This document shows, in pieces, positions 53,142 through 57,053 of a stretch of 57,053 nt of DNA. The position numbers were made by a program, and so were the translations under genes. The notes beneath the pieces were generated by a model, which made no database searches, was not told the DNA's origin, and worked only from the letters and a program-made list of their open reading frames with translations. The stretch is taken from IMG/VR virus record IMGVR_UViG_3300035148_000223, positions 1 to 57,053 of that record. The stretch is one strand, 5' to 3'. How positions within the stretch are numbered: the stretch's first letter is position 1; every line of letters begins with the position of its first letter. The stretch is from a virus (lineage: Duplodnaviria > Caudoviricetes).

Positions 53142-53470
53142 AACGGATCTCTGTCGGCCTTGTCGTCGCCGTCTTGTTCGGCGCTGCGGTCCTGTTCGCG
53201 CAGGCCAGCATGGAAATCACGTTCACGGTTCCGGCTGATACGGTGGCGGTCGTCAAGCAGGTTCTCGCCAAGCGGCAGCGCGTAGATCCGACGACGATCA
53301 CCGACCTCCAAGCACGCAACGGCATCTTGGCCTTCTGTCGCGATGCGGTACAGGCCGAAGTGCGCGTGTGGCGTCGTTCGGAGGACAAGGCTGCGCTGGA
53401 CGTGCTGTTCAACGACCTCACGGAAGAAAAGCGAGCGCAGGTTCGCGCCTACATTCTCAGTCTCAAGTGA
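53138..53470 (+). CDS. Signal-peptide-bearing small protein
   Basis: MKRISVGLVVAVLFGAAVLFA|Q. Confidence 0.7.
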   Translation: MKRISVGLVVAVLFGAAVLFAQASMEITFTVPADTVAVVKQVLAKRQRVDPTTITDLQARNGILAFCRDAVQAEVRVWRRSEDKAALDVLFNDLTEEKRAQVRAYILSLK

Positions 53471-53477
53471 GGCCGCG

Positions 53478-54266
53478 ATGATCGTCGGACTGCAATCGGG
53501 TTTCGGCTCCCTGCTCGGCCCCGCGCTGACGGCAGACCTCCGCGCCCTCGGGTTCGGGATGCTGCGGCTGGACTGCCAGCAGGTCGTTTCGGCAGACGTC
53601 TTCCGGGGCCTTGTGCGCGAAGTGCAGGACGCCGGGATGACGCCGCTGTGCATCGTGTCGCCGGAGAACATCCTCGCGATCCCGAACGACTGCTCCGGTC
53701 TCGACCTCGAAGTGATCAACGAGGCAGACCTCCGGGGAATGAGTCCGGCCAGCTATCTGTCGGCCGTGCTGACCGTCTACGAGCATGTCGAAGGGCGGCA
53801 TCGCATCTGGGCTGGAGGGGTCTCGAATACGACGGCCAGCAAGCTCCGCTGGCTGCGCTCGGTGGTCGTGGCGCTGCCGTCTGACGTGGGCGTGACGCTG
53901 CACCGCTACCCGAAGAACGGGGAAGGGCCAGCCGCGCCACAGGACGGCTTCCGGGCGCGGGCGGACGAGTTCCGCGCGATTCGCAGTCTCGTCGGCCAGC
54001 GCCCGTGGGGCTGTAGCGAGCATGGGCATCACACCGGGCCGCAGTCGAAGGGCTGGTGGCTGTGGCGGCGCACTTGGCGATGGACGGACGGACAGGTGGC
54101 GGACTTCGGGCGGCAGGAAATGAAGCTCTGGCGCGATGCCGGGGCGTCCTTCGCCGTCTGGTATCAACTCAACGACGGGGTAGGTGCCGACCCCTTGGAT
54201 CGGTTCGGCATCAGACGGCTCGACGGTAGCTGGAAGCCCGTCGCGCACACATTGACGGCTCAGTAA
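53478..54266 (+). CDS. GH-A clan glycoside hydrolase-like protein
   Basis: LRLD, EVINE, TLHRYP, CSEHG, WYQLND and FGI motifs. Confidence 0.65.
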   Translation: MIVGLQSGFGSLLGPALTADLRALGFGMLRLDCQQVVSADVFRGLVREVQDAGMTPLCIVSPENILAIPNDCSGLDLEVINEADLRGMSPASYLSAVLTVYEHVEGRHRIWAGGVSNTTASKLRWLRSVVVALPSDVGVTLHRYPKNGEGPAAPQDGFRARADEFRAIRSLVGQRPWGCSEHGHHTGPQSKGWWLWRRTWRWTDGQVADFGRQEMKLWRDAGASFAVWYQLNDGVGADPLDRFGIRRLDGSWKPVAHTLTAQ

Positions 54267-54281
54267 CGAAGGAGACGAACG

Positions 54282-54698
54282 ATGGCGAGCTATTGGTTCA
54301 ATCACGGGGCGAACAAGGTGGGCGACGGCACGGTGGTCTGGACCTCGGCCACCATCAAGGCGCGGCTGGTCAACGCCGTTCCGGCCCGCACGATCACGTC
54401 CATGACCGGGCAGACGGCTATCGGGACGGACCCGACGCTCGGCACGAAGAGCATCAGCAAGGACGACACGAACAACCAGATCAAGTATCTGGCCGCGAAC
54501 CCGACGTGGACCGCCGTGGCCGGTGGCTCGACGGTGGCCGCGTGCATCGTGTACGCGTTCATCACCGACGACGCGAACAGCATCCCGCTGTGCGTGCATG
54601 ACGTGACGGACACGGCGACGAACGGTGGCGACATCACGATTGACTGGCCGACCGTGAACTCGACCGACAACTGCGTGATGTACACGACGCAGACGTAG
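54282..54698 (+). CDS. Minor tail protein
   Basis: AAGGAG RBS; IKARLV, ANPTWT and TNGGDITIDW motifs. Confidence 0.75.
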   Translation: MASYWFNHGANKVGDGTVVWTSATIKARLVNAVPARTITSMTGQTAIGTDPTLGTKSISKDDTNNQIKYLAANPTWTAVAGGSTVAACIVYAFITDDANSIPLCVHDVTDTATNGGDITIDWPTVNSTDNCVMYTTQT

Positions 54699-54731
54699 GG
54701 CTGAGTCCGCGATGAACGGTGGGGGCGAGTC

Positions 54732-55847
54732 ATGGCTGTAGCACACGACGCCGCGACGGGCAGCGTCTACACGGCTGCGACCTCGCCCCACACGTTCAAT
54801 CACACGCCGACCGGGACGCCGAAGGGCGTTCTGCTGTTCTGCATCAACTACGATTCCTCGACGAAGCGCGTCACCGCCGCCAGCTATGGTGGTCAGGCGA
54901 TGACGGAGGTCGGGGATGCGTCCGACACCGCTGGCGAAGCCACGAACGTCGCGGTCTGGTTCCTTGGCTCGGGCATCCCGACCGGCCAGCAACAGGTCAG
55001 CATCGACGTCGGCACCGCCGGGGACGACCACTACTTCGTCTGTGTGACCGTCACGGCTTCGACCGCCTCCACGGCCATCCAGAACACCCAAGAGATCAAC
55101 GGCGACACGGCCAACCCGCAAGTCACGCTTCAGTACGGGGGAATCTCTTGCCTTGGCTACGTGGGGCTGGCCGGTGGAGCCTCGACGGTCGCGTCGTACT
55201 CGCTCCTCTCGGGCATGTCCACCGGCCTGTCCAACGACTCTGGGCAGGAGATTCAGCGCGTGGACCGGCAGACCTCTGCCGGGACAAGCAACTTCACCAT
55301 CGGCTACAGCTACGCCACGTCCGACGACGTGGCGCTGTTCGCGGTCGCCGTGCGCGAGGAAACGGCGCAGACGATCACCGGACAGTCGGTTGGGCTGAAT
55401 GCCGCCATCTCGGTCGCCAGCGTCCTACCGGGAGCCGTGACGGTCAACGGCGCGACCATCAACGCGAACCTCGCCGTCACCGCCGCGACCCTTCAGGCGA
55501 CTATCACGCGAGCCGGAGCGTCGATTGGCCGCGACTTGTCTGTCGTCGATGGCATATCAGGCAAACCGGCCGAAGTCATCGTCGGCCCCGTGACGGTCGC
55601 GGGAGCCGCTGTCGAGCGAGCGATGACCGTCACCGCTGCGGCGGCGGTGCCGGGGCATGTGAGTATCTACGCGCAAGATGCCGTCGCGCTGGCATCTACC
55701 GTGGCCGCTGGCACCGTGCAGCCGGGGGCCGTCACGATCAACGGGGTGGATTCGTTCTTCTCGACAATGAGTGTGACTGCCGCCGACATCTCCGTGCCGG
55801 AGCAAGCCTCGTCGGTGGTATTCTTCCGCCGCGTTCGCGTGGCATGA
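54732..55847 (+). CDS. Virion appendage protein (beta-sandwich plus Ala/Val/Thr repeats)
   Basis: SYGGQAMT motif; C-terminal repeats resemble 1-1170. Confidence 0.7.
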   Translation: MAVAHDAATGSVYTAATSPHTFNHTPTGTPKGVLLFCINYDSSTKRVTAASYGGQAMTEVGDASDTAGEATNVAVWFLGSGIPTGQQQVSIDVGTAGDDHYFVCVTVTASTASTAIQNTQEINGDTANPQVTLQYGGISCLGYVGLAGGASTVASYSLLSGMSTGLSNDSGQEIQRVDRQTSAGTSNFTIGYSYATSDDVALFAVAVREETAQTITGQSVGLNAAISVASVLPGAVTVNGATINANLAVTAATLQATITRAGASIGRDLSVVDGISGKPAEVIVGPVTVAGAAVERAMTVTAAAAVPGHVSIYAQDAVALASTVAAGTVQPGAVTINGVDSFFSTMSVTAADISVPEQASSVVFFRRVRVA

Positions 55848-55855
55848 GGTCTTCC

Positions 55856-56227
55856 ATGAAGAGAGTCTGGGTCGCCGTCCTGTTCCTCTTGGTCGCCAGC
55901 GTTGCCGTCGCACAGCAGACGAAGCCGACGAATCCCCGCGAAGGCACGTTCTCGGCCAGCCCCGATCACGCGCAACTGGACAGGTACGTTCTCGGGTTCT
56001 TCCTGCCCGGTGCGGCCAGTCCGGTGCAGACGCAAGACATCGGGAAGCCGACGCCGGACGGGTCTGGGGTCTGCACGTTCACGTTCAACTCGCAGCCGTT
56101 GACGTTCGGCGTGGACTACGTGGCAAAGGTCAAGTCGGTAGCCGGAGCCGCCGAAAGCGGCTGGAGCGAGGCGTCCAACCCTTTCGACCGGGTGCCGGGA
56201 AGCCCCGGCAAGCCTGTGATTCGGTGA
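55856..56227 (+). CDS. Signal-peptide-bearing fibronectin type III-like protein
   Basis: MKRVWVAVLFLLVASVAVA|Q; YVAKVKSV...ESGWSEASN. Confidence 0.7.
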   Translation: MKRVWVAVLFLLVASVAVAQQTKPTNPREGTFSASPDHAQLDRYVLGFFLPGAASPVQTQDIGKPTPDGSGVCTFTFNSQPLTFGVDYVAKVKSVAGAAESGWSEASNPFDRVPGSPGKPVIR

Positions 56228-56285
56228 ACTGGCTGTGGCGCTGGCTGTGGCGGGTCTTCGGATGGTGTGAATGAAAAGAGGGCGT

Positions 56286-56732
56286 ATGACGAAGTGGATC
56301 GCCGGAGCAGTGGTCGTGTTGCTGTTGCTGTCGGGACAGGCGTTCGCGCAGGGAACGACGACGCCCACCGTCCTGCCCACGGGCGCGGTCGGACTGGCGC
56401 AGAAGCTCTTGCTCACGCTACGCGGCGTGGATGCCGTCGATCATACGATGATGCTGCCGACCGGCTGTACCGTGGCGTGGGCGGTCCATGACGAGAAGGG
56501 CGCGGTGGTCGAGGGCGTGGCCGATTTCGTCGAGCAAGCCGCGTCCGCAGAGTCTCCGGGCGGCTGGTGGTTCGTGCCGAAGGGCAAGATGGGAACCTAC
56601 ATCGTGAAGGCCACCGTCACGCTCCCGGCGCAGCAGTCGCCGCTCGCGGCTCCAGCCGAAGCGAAGATGATCGTGCAGGGCGACATCGTGAAGGTCATCA
56701 TCGGGTTCACCGGCTCGGCGGTTCCCAAGTAG
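56286..56732 (+). CDS. Signal-peptide-bearing Ig-like protein
   Basis: MTKWIAGAVVVLLLLSGQAFA|Q; GTYIVKATV. Confidence 0.65.
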   Translation: MTKWIAGAVVVLLLLSGQAFAQGTTTPTVLPTGAVGLAQKLLLTLRGVDAVDHTMMLPTGCTVAWAVHDEKGAVVEGVADFVEQAASAESPGGWWFVPKGKMGTYIVKATVTLPAQQSPLAAPAEAKMIVQGDIVKVIIGFTGSAVPK

Positions 56733-56740
56733 AGGTCTGC

Positions 56741-56989
56741 ATGGCAGTTACGCTGGCGGCGACTCACAGCGGAGCGCAGTACCCGTGGGGCTACGAGCTT
56801 CGCATCGACCTGACAGACGGCACGCGCCTGTACCATCGCGCCGCCGTGTGGCCAACGGAGCCGTCATCGGCGCAGATCGACGAGGCCGTGGCCACCGTCA
56901 TCGTGCAGCTTGAGGCGTTGCTGAATCCACCCGAACCGGAGCGCCACTACCGGATCATCTGCGAGGACGATGCGGAGGTGCTGCTGTGA
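56741..56989 (+). CDS. Hypothetical protein
   Basis: GAGG RBS supplied by the AGAGGTCT motif. Confidence 0.55.
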   Translation: MAVTLAATHSGAQYPWGYELRIDLTDGTRLYHRAAVWPTEPSSAQIDEAVATVIVQLEALLNPPEPERHYRIICEDDAEVLL

Positions 56990-57053
56990 TCGACATCGAC
57001 CTGCGCGTGACGCTCACGACGCAAGAGCGCCAAGCATGGCAGATCATCCGGCC
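56986..57053 (+). CDS. Hypothetical protein, 3' truncated
   Basis: GGAGG RBS; GTGA coupling; open to the window end. Confidence 0.45.
   Translation, partial: MIDIDLRVTLTTQERQAWQIIR

Larger units (their letters stand above)
1450..56738. repeat. Dispersed 8-mer AGAGGTCT/AGACCTCT (at least 41 copies)
   Basis: Manual scan; positions listed in findings. Confidence 0.9.
1..57053. mobile_element. Near-complete tailed dsDNA bacteriophage genome (siphovirus-like), circularly permuted
   Basis: Ordered TerS-TerL-portal-MuF-protease-capsid-neck-tail tube-chaperone-tape measure-tail fibre block, plus lysis and replication/recombination genes; no host housekeeping genes; no tail sheath. Confidence 0.96.

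Noticed and set aside
49983-56989. Diversity-generating retroelement targeting the tail fibre
   Set aside because: No reverse transcriptase and no template/variable repeat pair differing at adenines was seen.
1-57053. Stop-codon reassignment
   Set aside because: Core genes are intact under the standard code, and TAG, TGA and TAA all terminate genes.

Overview
The window is a near-complete genome of a GC-rich (roughly two-thirds GC by eye) tailed dsDNA bacteriophage with a siphovirus-like tail. It is opened inside the tail-appendage region: a repetitive ORF runs off the left edge and resembles genes near the right edge. Layout: 1-4.6 kb (+) tail-end and lysis genes (M15 endolysin, lectin-glycosidase, holin-like); 4.7-22.3 kb (-) early arm (VRR-NUC, HNH, LmbU-like regulator, DnaC-like loader, replication initiator, PD-(D/E)XK nuclease, Mgm101/Rad52 annealase, a Ycf46-like AAA ATPase/DUF1257/DUF2997/DUF3150-like operon, and many small ORFs sharing an AGGAGGACCC ribosome-binding cassette); 22.3-23.1 kb divergent control region (about 450 nt of structured non-coding sequence, a sigma70-like promoter, tandem IHF-like repeats); 23.1-57 kb (+) late arm (basic peptide, PAPS-reductase-like, ParB-like, TerS, a 4-kb accessory insert, TerL, portal, MuF-effector fusion, XkdF protease and scaffold, capsid, neck, glycosyltransferase, tail tube, frameshifted chaperone, tape measure, tail fibre). 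I recognised no integrase, CI repressor, DNA polymerase, tRNA or CRISPR array. The most unusual signals are: an 8-mer AGAGGTCT/AGACCTCT present at least 41 times; a polarised 11-mer GGTTCTACGCG concentrated in the early arm; a shared C-terminal decapeptide R-x-[IV]-[ST]-F-x3-DL on unrelated early proteins near the AAA module; a MuF polyprotein carrying nuclease and metalloprotease domains between repeated linkers; ORFs built from fragments resembling the phage's own structural proteins; and Sec/Tat signal peptides on tail-region proteins. All family calls come from manual motif recognition, not database searches.
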